A stretch of DNA of 64,000 bases from Nannocystis bainbridge (GCF_028368995.1 NZ_JAQNDL010000004.1:128001-192000), one strand, 5' to 3'; shown: positions 10,774-20,106, numbered from the stretch's first letter. Made by a program: numbers and translations. The notes: generated by a model from the letters alone, not told the origin.

Positions 10774-10803
10774 AGGGACATGTCCCGGGGGGCATGTCCC
10801 TCG
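10774..10803. repeat. GGACATGTCC repeat pair between convergent genes
   Basis: gagggacatgtcccggggggcatgtccctc. Confidence 0.8.
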
Positions 10804-10829
10804 ATGCAGGCGCGCGCGGGCGCGGTGGA

Positions 10830-12272
10830 TCAGCCCGGCGGGGGGGTGACGCTCTTGAGCTGGCCGCCGGTCATGTCGCTGTAGACGTAGTGGTCGCCGG
10901 CGACGGGGATGTTCTGCATGGCGGGCACGTTGAGCGGGTCGATCTTCCAGGCCCAGCCGCCCTGGTCGACCAGCCAGACGAAGCCGTCGACGTCGACGCT
11001 GACGCCGATCGGGGTCGAGCACTGGGCGAGGGTGTGCTGAGCGACGAGGGTGCGGGTGGGGACGTCGATCTCGACGAGGCCGCAGGGGCCGTTGGAGGCG
11101 ACCCAGGCGTGGTCGTCGTGGTCGATGGCCATGCCGCGGTGGCAGGCGTTGGTGCCGGGCACGGAGATCCACTGGTTGGTGGCGACGTCGTAGGTCGAGA
11201 CCGGGCCCGAGCAGCCGGCCAGCCACGGGTTGCCGTTGCGGTCGACGGTCATGCCGTAGCTCTGGATGTTGCTGGGCTGGGGGATCCGCGTGAGGGTGAT
11301 CGGGTTCTCGTTGGCGTTGACGCGCACGAGCTCGCCGCGCAGGCCGGTGAACCAGGCGTTGCCGAGCGGGTCGAGGGCGCCGCCGTAAGGGGCGTAGCCG
11401 CTGCCGTCCCAGGCGACGGCCTCGAGCGACTGCTCCATCACGCCGGTGGCGCCGTCGACCCGGACCATGTTGGCAGAGCCGGGCTGGAGGGCGCCGAAGC
11501 CGAGCCAGACCTTCTGGTTCTTGTACGTGCAGGTGGCCTTGTCGTAGTCGCCGATGGTCCAGGTGATGCCGCGCGGGCCCTCGGTGTAACTGCCGGACCA
11601 GTTGGCGTGGACGAGGGTCCAGACGACGCACTCGTCGCTGCCCCAGGGGAGGATGTCGGCGACGCCGGTGGAGGTGGTGATCTGGCCGTCACCGTTGGCG
11701 TCGATGCAGTCGGCGATGTTGGCGGCGACGGCGGTGGAGCGACCGGTGCCGCGGGCGTTGACGACGACGAAGCGGCCGTCGCCGGAGACGGCGGTGCGGG
11801 ACACGCTCTCGGTGGCGCCGCTGGGGCCGGTCAGGTAGCGCGCCTCCTCGACGAGGGTGCGGGTGTTGATCTTGGAGACGAGGCCGTCGCTGGTGGCGGG
11901 GATCCAGATGAAGCTCTCGTCGATGTCCATGTCGCCGGCGCAGCCAGTGCCGCCGTCGGGCGTGACGCCGAGGTCGAACTTGGGGCCGCCGTTGGTGGTC
12001 ACGGAGGTGACCGTGGGGTTGCTGGTGGTCGGCGGGTCGCTGCTGGCGCTCTCGGTCTGACTGGCAGTGCCGTCGGTGCCCTCGGTGGCGCTGGCCGTAC
12101 CCTGGGTCGGGTCGGTCATGGTGGTCTCGGGCAGGGTGAGGCTGCCGACGCTGGCCGTGACCGTGGTCGGGGCGGTGGCAGTGGCGCTGGCCGAGTCGGC
12201 GCGACCGCTGTCACCGCAACCGACGAGGAGACAGACGGCCATGGACGCGCCCGAAAACCGAGGGGAAACCAT
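10830..12272 (-). CDS. beta-propeller (NHL/Vgb-like) lipoprotein
   Basis: MAVCLLVGCGDSG lipobox, Thr/Ser linker, then repeated G-x-T-x-D-x-x-G-N-x-W blades (YGMTVDRNGNPWLAG, MAIDHDDHAWVAS, VSVDVDGFVWLVD). The 1177-aa track ORF is chimeric; only the C-terminal 480 codons are real. Confidence 0.65.
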   Translation of the reverse strand: MVSPRFSGASMAVCLLVGCGDSGRADSASATATAPTTVTASVGSLTLPETTMTDPTQGTASATEGTDGTASQTESASSDPPTTSNPTVTSVTTNGGPKFDLGVTPDGGTGCAGDMDIDESFIWIPATSDGLVSKINTRTLVEEARYLTGPSGATESVSRTAVSGDGRFVVVNARGTGRSTAVAANIADCIDANGDGQITTSTGVADILPWGSDECVVWTLVHANWSGSYTEGPRGITWTIGDYDKATCTYKNQKVWLGFGALQPGSANMVRVDGATGVMEQSLEAVAWDGSGYAPYGGALDPLGNAWFTGLRGELVRVNANENPITLTRIPQPSNIQSYGMTVDRNGNPWLAGCSGPVSTYDVATNQWISVPGTNACHRGMAIDHDDHAWVASNGPCGLVEIDVPTRTLVAQHTLAQCSTPIGVSVDVDGFVWLVDQGGWAWKIDPLNVPAMQNIPVAGDHYVYSDMTGGQLKSVTPPPG

Positions 12273-12770
12273 GGGGCGATGAACGCACGGTTCCACGCAT
12301 GAGGGCAAGTCCCCGACGGCGAGGGAACCCCGGGGGGTCGGTGCGAGCGTCGGGGGAGCGCCGAGGGCCTCGCATGCGGGGGTCCAGCGCGTCGCGGCGA
12401 ACGCGGGAGCGAGCGAGGCGCGGGAGTGACAGCGGAGGCATGGGGTCGGGCGAATGCGCGGAGCGGCTCGATCGGGTCGTGTGAGGGTCGTGGGGGCGTC
12501 GCGGGTCGATGGTGAATGCAGGGAGCACGGGCGGGCGATGCTTCGCGGGGGCGGCGTCGGGGGCGCGTCGAGACTGCGGGGATCTCCGCAGGGACTGCTG
12601 CCGGCGTGAGGGGGCGCGCGGGGAGAACACCCGCAGGACGGTCGGAGAGCCCCGCGGCTGGAGAAGCGGGGGACAGCGACCCGGGGCGGCTCGAGTCGAT
12701 GGCGGGCCCGGAGGCGCGAGGCGGGGGCGCCGGCGAGGTCATGCATTTCCGGCGCGGCGCGGGAGGCGGG

Positions 12771-14420
12771 ATGGGTATCATCGCGCCGATGTCGAGCTCT
12801 CGCCGCTCCTTCCTCGCGCTCACGGGGCTCTGTGGCGCCGAGGCGCTCCTCCACGGCCCGCCCGCGGCGTGGGCCGGGCAGCCGCCGAGCCGGATCCCGG
12901 CGCCCAGGTCGGCGCCCGCGAGCGCGGACGCGGGCATGGCCCTGCTGGCGGCGAGCCGCCTGCTGGCCGACGAGCACCTGCTGCGCACGGCCCTGGCGGC
13001 GGCGACGAAGGCGGGGGCGAGCTACGCGGACGCGCGCCTGGTGTCGATGCGGCGCGAGCGGGTCGGCGTGCGCGACGATCACGTGAGCGGGATCGGTCGC
13101 AGCGAGGATTACGGCGTCGGTCTGCGGGTGATCGCGGACGGCGGCTGGGGCTTCGCGGCGACGGCGGAGCGCAGCGCGAAGGCGGTCGAGGGGATCGCCC
13201 GGACCGCGGTGGCGATGGCCCGCCAGAGCGCGCTGCTGATGCCGCAGCCGGTGACGCTGGCGCCGGCGCCGGTGCTGCAGGGCGGGTGGGTGTCGCCGTT
13301 CGAGATCGATCCGTTCTCGGTCGCGCCGGCCGAGAAAGCGGAGCTGCTGCTGGCGGCGGCCCGGGCCGCGCTGGCGGTGCCCGGGGTGGCGCACGTGGAC
13401 GCGAACGTGGCCTGCGTGCGTGAGGAGAAGCTGGTGATGACGAGCGAGGGCTCGCGGGTGCACCAGATCTTCTTCCGCGTGGTCCCGGGGCTGACGGCGA
13501 CGGCGATCGATCGCCGGCGCGGTCGCTTCGCCGGCCGCGACCACGAGGTGGCGGCGATGCTGGCCGGGTGGGAGCACGTGAAGGCGGCCGACCTGGTGGG
13601 CAGCGCGCCGAAGATCGCCGAGGAGGCGCTGCAGAAGCTGCACGCGGCGCCGGTCGAGCCGGGCAAGAAGCACGCGATCCTGGCGCCGTCGAACCTGTGG
13701 CTGACGATCCACGAGAGCATCGGCCACTCGACGGAGCTCGACCGGGCGCTCGGCTACGAGGCGAACTACGCCGGGACGAGCTTCCTCGGGCCGGACAAGG
13801 CGGGCAAGTTCACGATCGGCAGCGAGATCGTCAACCTCGCGGCCGACCGCACGCAGCCGGGCGGGCTGGCGACGACGGCGTGGGACGACGAGGCGGTGGC
13901 GAGCCAGCGCTGGGACCTGGTGAAGAAGGGGAAATTCGTCGGCTGGCAGACCACGCGCGACCTGGCGGCCGCGGCCGGGGAACAGGCCAGCCGCGGCTGC
14001 AGCTACGCCGACAGCTACGCCAGCGTGCCGTTCCAGCGCATGCCGAACGTGAGCCTGCAGCCGGGCAGCGAGGGCTACACGACCGAGGACCTGATCGGCG
14101 CGACGGAGGACGGCGTGCTGATCACGGGCCGCGGCAGCTGGTCGATCGATCAGCAGCGCTACAACTTCCAGTTCTCGGGCCAGTTCTTCTGGGAGATCAA
14201 GAAGGGGCGGCTGACGCGGCCGCTGCGGGACGTGGCGTATCAGGCCAACACGGTCGAATTCTGGAGCTCGTGTGACATGCTCGGAGGGACAGACACGTAC
14301 CGCCTCGGCGGCAGCATGAGCGACGGCAAGGGTGAGCCGTCGCAGAGCAACTCGGTCAGCCACGGGTGCCCGCCGGCGCGCTTCGTCGTCAACATCCTCA
14401 ACACCGGGGGTGACAAGTGA
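12771..14420 (+). CDS. tldD: TldD-family metalloprotease with a twin-arginine (Tat) signal peptide
   Basis: HESIGHSTELD HExxxH motif and TldD N-terminal block SYADARL...GVGLRV. N-terminus MGIIAPMSSSRRSFLALTGLCGAEALLHGPPAAWAG matches S-R-R-x-F-L. GGGAGG lies 4 nt before ATG 12771 (alternative ATG at 12741). Confidence 0.85.
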   Translation: MGIIAPMSSSRRSFLALTGLCGAEALLHGPPAAWAGQPPSRIPAPRSAPASADAGMALLAASRLLADEHLLRTALAAATKAGASYADARLVSMRRERVGVRDDHVSGIGRSEDYGVGLRVIADGGWGFAATAERSAKAVEGIARTAVAMARQSALLMPQPVTLAPAPVLQGGWVSPFEIDPFSVAPAEKAELLLAAARAALAVPGVAHVDANVACVREEKLVMTSEGSRVHQIFFRVVPGLTATAIDRRRGRFAGRDHEVAAMLAGWEHVKAADLVGSAPKIAEEALQKLHAAPVEPGKKHAILAPSNLWLTIHESIGHSTELDRALGYEANYAGTSFLGPDKAGKFTIGSEIVNLAADRTQPGGLATTAWDDEAVASQRWDLVKKGKFVGWQTTRDLAAAAGEQASRGCSYADSYASVPFQRMPNVSLQPGSEGYTTEDLIGATEDGVLITGRGSWSIDQQRYNFQFSGQFFWEIKKGRLTRPLRDVAYQANTVEFWSSCDMLGGTDTYRLGGSMSDGKGEPSQSNSVSHGCPPARFVVNILNTGGDK

Positions 14421-15766
14421 GCGCGACGTCTCCGCTGAGCCCGGCCGAGGCGCGGGCGCTGGTCAAGTCGGCGCTGGCGGCCGCGAGCTTCGAGGACGTG
14501 AGCCTGCGGGTATCGGCCCGCCGTTCGGCGTACCTGCGGTTCGCCGCGGGCGCGCCGACGACGTCGGGCGAGGCGGCGCGCTTCGAGGTGGCGGTGACGG
14601 CGGCGAAGGACGGCCGGGTGGCGACGGTGTCGGGCACGGGCCGCGACACGGCGTCGCTGCAAGCGCTGGTGCGCGAGGCGGAGGCGCTGGCCAAGCTGGC
14701 GCCGCAGGACCCGGAGCACGAGCCGCCGCTGGGGCCGCAGCAGTACGCGAAGGTGGCGGCCCGTGACGCGAAGACGGCCGAGGTCGGGCCCGAGGGCCGC
14801 ACCGAGGTGGTGGCGCGGGTGCTGAAGGTCGCGCGCGAGGCCAAGCTGATCGCGTCGGGGTTGGTCGAGCACGAGGACGCGGTGACGGTGCTTGCAAATC
14901 GCAAGGGGCTGTTCGCGCTGCACGCGGCGACCGAGGCGTCGCTGACGACGACGATGCGCACGGCCGACGGCAAGGGCAGCGGCTGGGCCGGTGGGTCGTC
15001 GTACCGGCTGGCCGACCTCGACGGGCCGACGCTGGCGCGGCGAGCCGCCGACAAGGCGACGATGTCGAGCCAGGGCGCGGAGACGCTGGCGCCGGGGGCC
15101 TACACGGTGGTGCTCGAGGCGCAGGCGGTGGCCGACCTGCTGGGCTTTTTGGTGTCGACGCTGCAGGCCCGCGCGGCCGACGAGGGCCGCAGCTTCTTCA
15201 GCCGGCCCGGCGGCAACGCGATCGGCGAGGCGCTGTTCGACCCGCGGGTGACGCTGCGCTCCGATCCGGCCGACGCGCGCTTTCCTTCGAGCCCGTTCGC
15301 GGGCGACGGGTTGCCGCTGCCGACGACGACGTGGATCGATCACGGGATCCTCAAGGCGCTGGCCTACAGCCGGTTCTGGGCCCGCAAGCAGGGCAAGTCG
15401 CCGCTGCCGGGGCCGCGCTCGATCTTCCTCGCGGCCGCCGATCCGGGCGAGGGCAAGGACCTGCTCGAGCTGATCCGCGGGGTCGAGCGCGGGGTGCTGG
15501 TGACGCGGTTCTTTTACAACCGCATGCTCGATCCGCGGCAGATCCTGGCGACGGGGCTGACCCGCGACGGCACGTTCCTGATCGAGCAAGGGAAGGTGGC
15601 GCGGCCGGTGAAGAACATGCGCTACAACGACAGCCCGGCGGCGCTGCTGAAGAACCTGGTGGCTCTCGGCAAGCCCGAGCGCACGGCCGGCGACGGGATG
15701 GTCACGGTGGTGCCGCCGCTGGTGGCCAAAGACTTCCACTTCGCCAGCGTCAGCGACGCGGTGTAA
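14417..15766 (+). CDS. pmbA: PmbA/TldE-family protease partner, no signal peptide
   Basis: GTG start overlaps the tldD stop (GTGA); PmbA_TldD family C-terminal domain. Confidence 0.8.
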   Translation: MSATSPLSPAEARALVKSALAAASFEDVSLRVSARRSAYLRFAAGAPTTSGEAARFEVAVTAAKDGRVATVSGTGRDTASLQALVREAEALAKLAPQDPEHEPPLGPQQYAKVAARDAKTAEVGPEGRTEVVARVLKVAREAKLIASGLVEHEDAVTVLANRKGLFALHAATEASLTTTMRTADGKGSGWAGGSSYRLADLDGPTLARRAADKATMSSQGAETLAPGAYTVVLEAQAVADLLGFLVSTLQARAADEGRSFFSRPGGNAIGEALFDPRVTLRSDPADARFPSSPFAGDGLPLPTTTWIDHGILKALAYSRFWARKQGKSPLPGPRSIFLAAADPGEGKDLLELIRGVERGVLVTRFFYNRMLDPRQILATGLTRDGTFLIEQGKVARPVKNMRYNDSPAALLKNLVALGKPERTAGDGMVTVVPPLVAKDFHFASVSDAV

Positions 15767-15772
15767 ATTCGG

Positions 15773-15900
15773 GTGTCCTCGCGGACATGTCCGGAGGGGC
15801 ATGTTTGCGGGGGCATGTTCGTTCGGGCATGTCTGTTCGGGCATGTCCGTGCGAGCATGTGAGACCACGCGCCGATCGGCTATGCTCGCGGGCATGTTCG
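15773..15900. repeat. GGCATGT(C/T) tandem array (about 7 units) between pmbA and the acetyltransferase
   Basis: gcggacatgtccggaggggcatgtttgcgggggcatgttcgttcgggcatgtctgttcgggcatgtccgtgcgagcatgtgagacc ... gggcatgttcgtg. Confidence 0.85.
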
Positions 15901-16129
15901 TGATCTCGAGCGCGCTGTTCTTCACGGCGAGCCTCGGCGCGAGGCGGCTCAGGCGGAAGCGGGTGCAGTGCGACCCGGGCGGCTGCGCGCTGCGGTTCTG
16001 AGGCTGAGGGGTCGACGCGGCGCGAGCGGCAGCCGTCGGTGCGGGGCGAGCGGAGGCAGGTTCGGTGCGAGCCGTGCCGCGCCGACCCGTGATTGCGGCG
16101 AGGCCGGGCGGCGGGCAGACTGCGCGCCC

Positions 16130-16756
16130 ATGCAAAATTACTTCGAGAGCCCGTTCAAGGGCCGACTGCTGGCGGAGCAGGTCACCAACCGCAACATCGT
16201 CGTCGGCCGCTTCAGCTACTACTCGGGGTATTACCACGGGCACTCGTTCGACGACTGCGCGCGGTTTTTGATGCCGGACCGCGACGACGTCGACAAGTTG
16301 ATCGTCGGCAGCTTCTGCTCGATCGGCAGCGGCGCGGCCTTCATCATGGCGGGCAACCAGGGCCACCGCAGCGACTGGGTGTCGACGTTCCCGTTCCACT
16401 ACATGCCCGAGGTCGCGGCCTTCGCCGGGGCCCGCGACGGGTTCCGCGGCGCCGGTGACACGGTGATCGGCAGCGACGTGTGGATCGGGTCCGAGGCGAT
16501 GATCATGCCGGGGGTCCGGGTCGGGCACGGGGCGGTGATCGGCAGCCGGGCCCTGGTGGCCAAGGACGTCGAGCCGTACACGATCGTCGGCGGCAACCCG
16601 GCCCGGCCGATCCGCAAGCGCTTCGCCGACGAGCAGATCGCCATGCTGCTCGAGATGGCGTGGTGGGACTGGCCGCTCGAGCGGCTCCACGAGGCGATGC
16701 CGCTGCTGTGCGACGGCGACATCGCGGCGCTGTATCGGTTCTGGAAGGCCGCGTGA
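16130..16756 (+). CDS. Vat-family xenobiotic/streptogramin-A O-acetyltransferase (hexapeptide repeat)
   Basis: [31 protein letters not shown]... is the classic Vat/CatB N-terminus. Left-handed beta-helix repeats ([27 protein letters not shown]) and the C-terminal WDWP motif are present. Confidence 0.8.
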   Translation: MQNYFESPFKGRLLAEQVTNRNIVVGRFSYYSGYYHGHSFDDCARFLMPDRDDVDKLIVGSFCSIGSGAAFIMAGNQGHRSDWVSTFPFHYMPEVAAFAGARDGFRGAGDTVIGSDVWIGSEAMIMPGVRVGHGAVIGSRALVAKDVEPYTIVGGNPARPIRKRFADEQIAMLLEMAWWDWPLERLHEAMPLLCDGDIAALYRFWKAA

Positions 16757-16763
16757 GCGCGGC

Positions 16764-17165
16764 TCAGTCGCGGTGGGGCAGGACGACGCGGATCCGCAGG
16801 GCGCCCTCGTCGTCGCGCCGCAGCGCGTAGGTCGAGCGCTCGAGGCCGACCTCGCGGCCGTCCTTGTCGACGAAGGGCCAGCACACGCGCACCAGCACGA
16901 CGCGGTCGCCGACCCACTCGCGCGACTCGACCTCGGGGCGCGTCATCGTCACCCCGCGGTCGAGGTACTGCGCCCGCGCGGCCGCGAAGAAGCGCTCGAT
17001 CTCCTCGCGCCGGGCCACCGCCTGCGCCCCGGAGTCGGCCAGCACGAAGGCCGGCGTCTCGTACAGCGTCGCCACCGTGAGGGCGTCGCCTTCCACCAGC
17101 GCCCGCCCGAGGAGGTTCAGGAACGCGTCGACCTCGCGGTCTCGCTCGGGGTTCGTCGTGGTCAT
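16764..17165 (-). CDS. SnoaL/NTF2-like small protein
   Basis: 133-aa ORF from ATG 17165 (MTTTNPERDREVDAFLN...) with an alpha+beta cone pattern; convergent with the acetyltransferase. Confidence 0.5.
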   Translation of the reverse strand: MTTTNPERDREVDAFLNLLGRALVEGDALTVATLYETPAFVLADSGAQAVARREEIERFFAAARAQYLDRGVTMTRPEVESREWVGDRVVLVRVCWPFVDKDGREVGLERSTYALRRDDEGALRIRVVLPHRD

Positions 17166-17340
17166 GATCGAGGCATTGAGGGTGCTCCTGGACGGGGCAA
17201 GCTCGGGCGGGCCTGCGCGGGCGGCAGGGCGGCTATATTGCCGCGGAGCGCGGTTCTGGGGGGCCGAGCGCAAGGGGCGCGGGGCGGACCAGCGCGCCGC
17301 GAGCGAGGTCGTCGGGGCGCGCGGCCGGGGTCGCTGCGGG

Positions 17341-17460
17341 GGGCGTGTCCGCGAGGACATGAGGGGGAGGTGCGAAAGGACATGTCGTGGTGGACATGTC
17401 GTGATAGACATGTCGTGATGAACATGCCTGATAGGGCATGTCTGAGAAGACGTTCTCGTG
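17341..17460. repeat. GGACATGTCG tandem array (about 7 units, 14-bp period)
   Basis: aggacatgaggggg|aggtgcgaa|aggacatgtcgtggt|ggacatgtcgtgat|agacatgtcgtgat|gaacatgcctgat|agggcatgtctgag. Confidence 0.85.
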
Positions 17461-17475
17461 ACGATGCGTTCTGCG

Positions 17476-17800
17476 GCCGGGGGCGGGCGGCTTCACGGCT
17501 CGCCGAGACCGAGCCTGGCGGATTCTTCCGGGCAGGCGAAGCGGCGAAGGGGACGGCTTCACGACTCTCGGGGCCGGGCCTGGCTGAATCTTCGGCAGCT
17601 GAAGCGGGCGAAGCGGGCGGCTTCACGGCTCGGCGCCGGGCCTGGCGGGTTCGTCGGGCACGCGAAGCGGCTGACTTCACGGCTCGGTGGGGCCGGGCCT
17701 GGCGTTCTACGGCCGGGCGGAGCGGGCGACTTCACGGCTCGGCGGGGCTGGTCCTTGCGGGTTCGTCCGGGCAGGCGAAGCGGGCGAAGCGGCGGGTGAG
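17476..17800. repeat. degenerate 58-66 bp tandem direct repeat, 5 copies, spanning the 3' end of the sigma/anti-sigma gene and its downstream region
   Basis: Units begin cttcacggctcgg(c/t)g...ggccgggcctggcg...gcgaagcgggcga at about 17478, 17541, 17607, 17664 and 17722. Confidence 0.65.
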
Positions 17801-19033
17801 CACCGAGTCGGGCAGGCGGGCGGTCAGGCGGGCGGCGGCGGCGGCGGCGTCGGCCGGGCGGCCTTGCAGGCACAGCAGCTCGATCGCGGCGGCCTCGCGG
17901 GCGTCGACGAGGGCGCCGCGCGGGAACTCGCGGGCGTGGCTGTCGAGCAGCAGGGCGGCGGCGGTCGGGTCGCGGGCGTCGAGGCGAGCGCGGGCGCGGT
18001 CGAGCAGGCCGACCTCGCGGGCGAGGTCGTCGCGGGCCCGCGCGCGGGCGGCTGGCCCGGGGGACAGGTCGGATCCCGTGGCTGTCCCTGCGGACAGGTC
18101 TCGCGCGGCTGTCTCTGCGGACAGGTCTCGCGCGGCTATCTCTGCGGACAGGTTCGACGCTGCTGTCTCTTCGGACAGGTCGGAGGGCGCAGGGTCCTTC
18201 GCGGCGGGCTCGTGGGCACGGTCCTTCGCGTCTGTCTCGTGGGACAGGTCCGAGCGCGCCGGGGCGCCGCGGCCGGGGGCCTGGCGCGGGGCGGCGACGA
18301 CGACCGCGGCGGTCCCGGCGACCAGGAGGGTCGTCATCACCCCGGTGCGGGCGGCGGTCCAGGCGGCGGCGACGGTGGCGAGCTTGCCGTGGCCGAACAG
18401 CGGGACGATCGCGGCCCAGTTGCGCGGGGCGGCCTCGGGCGGGGGCTCGGCGCGGCGGCGGTCGGCGGCGATCTCGGCGACCAGCGGCTCGGGGCCGGCG
18501 GCCAGCTCGAGCAGGCGGGCGCGGGCCAGGCGGAGCCGCGAGTAGACGGTGTTGAGCGGCAGCTCGAGCTCGGCGGCGATCTCGGGGCCGTTCATGCCGA
18601 GCAGCTCGGTCATCTCCCACACCTCGCGGGCGCCGCGGGGCAGGCCGGCGAGCAGGCGCTCGACCTGGCGGGCGGCGTCGTGGCGCTCGTGCGGGGCCTC
18701 GCCGACGTGGCCGGTGAGGTCGCCGAGAGCGGCGATCCGGCGGGTGCGGCGGGCGACGCCGCGGTGCCAGTGCGAGGCGACGCGGCGGGTGACGCCGTAC
18801 AGCCAGGCGCGCGCGGACACCTGGTAGTGGACCTGCTCGAAGCGGCGGTAGGCGGTGAGGAAGACGTCCTGGATCACGTCGTCGCGGGCGGCCGCCGGGA
18901 CGCCGAAGTAGCGGGCGGCGGACCAGACGAAGTTGAACTCGCGGTCGTAGATGGCGCGGAAGCGCGCTTCGCGGTCGGTGGCGAGCAGCATGGGGCCGGA
19001 GGTGGTGTCCCCGGTCGAGATGGATTCCGTCAT
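17732..19033 (-). CDS. ECF sigma factor fused to a C-terminal TM segment and an anti-sigma-like periplasmic domain with 9-aa tandem repeats
   Basis: Sigma-70 region 2 (FRAIYDREFNFVWSAARYFG...DDVIQDVFLTAYRRF) and region 4 (EVWEMTELLGMNGPEIAAELELPLNTVYSRLRLAR), then TM TTLLVAGTAAVVVAAP, then (DLSAETAAR)n encoded by 27-bp repeats at 18050-18250, then a helical C-domain. Start ATG 19031-19033 with GGAGA 9 nt upstream. The Arg/Pro-rich N-terminal extension in the ORF track was rejected. Confidence 0.7.
   Translation of the reverse strand: MTESISTGDTTSGPMLLATDREARFRAIYDREFNFVWSAARYFGVPAAARDDVIQDVFLTAYRRFEQVHYQVSARAWLYGVTRRVASHWHRGVARRTRRIAALGDLTGHVGEAPHERHDAARQVERLLAGLPRGAREVWEMTELLGMNGPEIAAELELPLNTVYSRLRLARARLLELAAGPEPLVAEIAADRRRAEPPPEAAPRNWAAIVPLFGHGKLATVAAAWTAARTGVMTTLLVAGTAAVVVAAPRQAPGRGAPARSDLSHETDAKDRAHEPAAKDPAPSDLSEETAASNLSAEIAARDLSAETAARDLSAGTATGSDLSPGPAARARARDDLAREVGLLDRARARLDARDPTAAALLLDSHAREFPRGALVDAREAAAIELLCLQGRPADAAAAAARLTARLPDSVLTRRFARFACPDEPARTSPAEP
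18050..18250. repeat. 27-bp coding tandem repeat (ctgcggacaggtctcgcgcggctgtct)n inside the sigma/anti-sigma CDS; a CATG-less variant of the GGACATGTCC family
   Basis: About 6 copies, each holding GGACAGGTC and its inverted partner GCTGTC. It translates on the minus strand to S/DLSAETAAR repeats. Confidence 0.75.
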
Positions 19034-20106
19034 CGCGGGTCTCCGAGGTGCAATTCGAGGCCGAGGAGCAGGCGCAGGCTGACCGGGGCGCTGTTGAAGA
19101 GGCCGACCGGCTCGACCGGGTCGGCGAGGTCGAAGCGGGGCGAGGTCAGGCGGACGAGGCCCTGGGCGGCGAGCAGGAGGCCGAGGCGGGGGTGAAAGCG
19201 CCAGGTGGCGCCGGCGGACACGAGCGCGGCCGCCCACAGGCCGGTGGCGGCGCGGGCGCCAGGGCCACGGCCCTCGCCGCGCAGGCCGCCGAGCTCGAGG
19301 CCGCCGCACAGCGGGAACTCGAAATCGCCGCGAAACAGGCGCGCGCAGCCGCGGACGCCGCCGCCGAGCAGGTAGACGCGGACCGCGTGGGGCGGGCGCG
19401 ACTCGGTCTGGGGCACCAGGTGGAGGCCGTGGAACTCGAGGCGGGCCCGCCGCCACAGCACGCCGAGCGCGAGATCGACGGTCGCGGTGGGCGCCGGCAG
19501 GGTGCCGACCTCGAGGCCGCCGGCGAGGCGGAGCAGCATCCCGGGACCGCGCCGGCGCGGCGGTGAGGGCGGGGCCAGCGGGGCCTCGGCGGTGACGGCC
19601 GGGTCGGGCGGCGGCGGCGATGGGGCGGGCGCGGGCGGTTCGAGGCTGGCCTCGGGGCGTGGTGCGAGATCGGGCGCCGGGTCGATCGCGGCGTCGCCAG
19701 GTACCGGGTCGGGCGCGAGCTCGCCGGCTTCGGGCGCTTCGAGGTCGACCGGTTCGCCGCGGGCGGCGACCGTGGGGTCGAGCGCGAGGGCGGCCAGCAG
19801 CGCCGCGGCGTCGACAAGGGCGTCGCAGCGGCGGGCGCCGAGGCGGCGGGCCTGCGTGTGGCCGGCGACGGTGAGGCGCAGGTCGAGGCGGAAATGGGTC
19901 GCGCCGGACCGCTCGACGCGGCCGTCCAGCGCGAGCTCGTCGGGGCCCGGGTCGCGGCCGAGGCGGCGGGCGATCGCCGTGGCGAGCGCGTCCCGGTCGG
20001 GGCAGCCCGCCGGGGCCTGCCACACGGCCGCGGACGCGGACGGGGGCGGGGGCACCTGGAGCGCGAGCGCTGCGGCGAGGAGCGCGGACGGCATCGACGG
20101 CTGCAT
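19030..20106 (-). CDS. hypothetical secreted protein translationally coupled (ATGA overlap) to the downstream ECF sigma gene
   Basis: Signal-like MQPSMPSALLAAALALQ and a Pro/Ala-rich middle. The C-terminal half has alternating hydrophobic pattern suggestive of beta-strands. The stop TGA overlaps the sigma ATG. Confidence 0.45.
   Translation of the reverse strand: MQPSMPSALLAAALALQVPPPPSASAAVWQAPAGCPDRDALATAIARRLGRDPGPDELALDGRVERSGATHFRLDLRLTVAGHTQARRLGARRCDALVDAAALLAALALDPTVAARGEPVDLEAPEAGELAPDPVPGDAAIDPAPDLAPRPEASLEPPAPAPSPPPPDPAVTAEAPLAPPSPPRRRGPGMLLRLAGGLEVGTLPAPTATVDLALGVLWRRARLEFHGLHLVPQTESRPPHAVRVYLLGGGVRGCARLFRGDFEFPLCGGLELGGLRGEGRGPGARAATGLWAAALVSAGATWRFHPRLGLLLAAQGLVRLTSPRFDLADPVEPVGLFNSAPVSLRLLLGLELHLGDPR

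Noticed and set aside
12273-14363. Upstream 700 codons of the 1177-aa minus-strand ORF (10830..14363)
   Set aside because: It is antisense to the well-supported tldD (HExxxH, Tat signal). Only the C-terminal 480 codons, from the lipobox Met at 12272, form a coherent protein; the rest is Arg/Pro-rich.
15801-16001. 66-aa [26 protein letters not shown]...
   Set aside because: The first 25 codons are the GGCATGT repeat array read in one frame (the C-x-x-G-H-V signature), and the remainder runs into the acetyltransferase leader.
17476-18250. CRISPR array
   Set aside because: The direct repeats are contiguous, degenerate and of unequal length (27 bp coding units; 58-66 bp units) with no unique spacers of constant size, and no cas genes are present. 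The GGACATGTC arrays likewise lack spacers.
19034-20023. N-terminal 330-codon extension of the ECF sigma ORF
   Set aside because: The translation is almost pure Arg/Pro/Ala. A different frame on the same strand (19030..20106) gives a coherent secreted protein whose stop overlaps the sigma ATG at 19031-19033, and that ATG has an SD.
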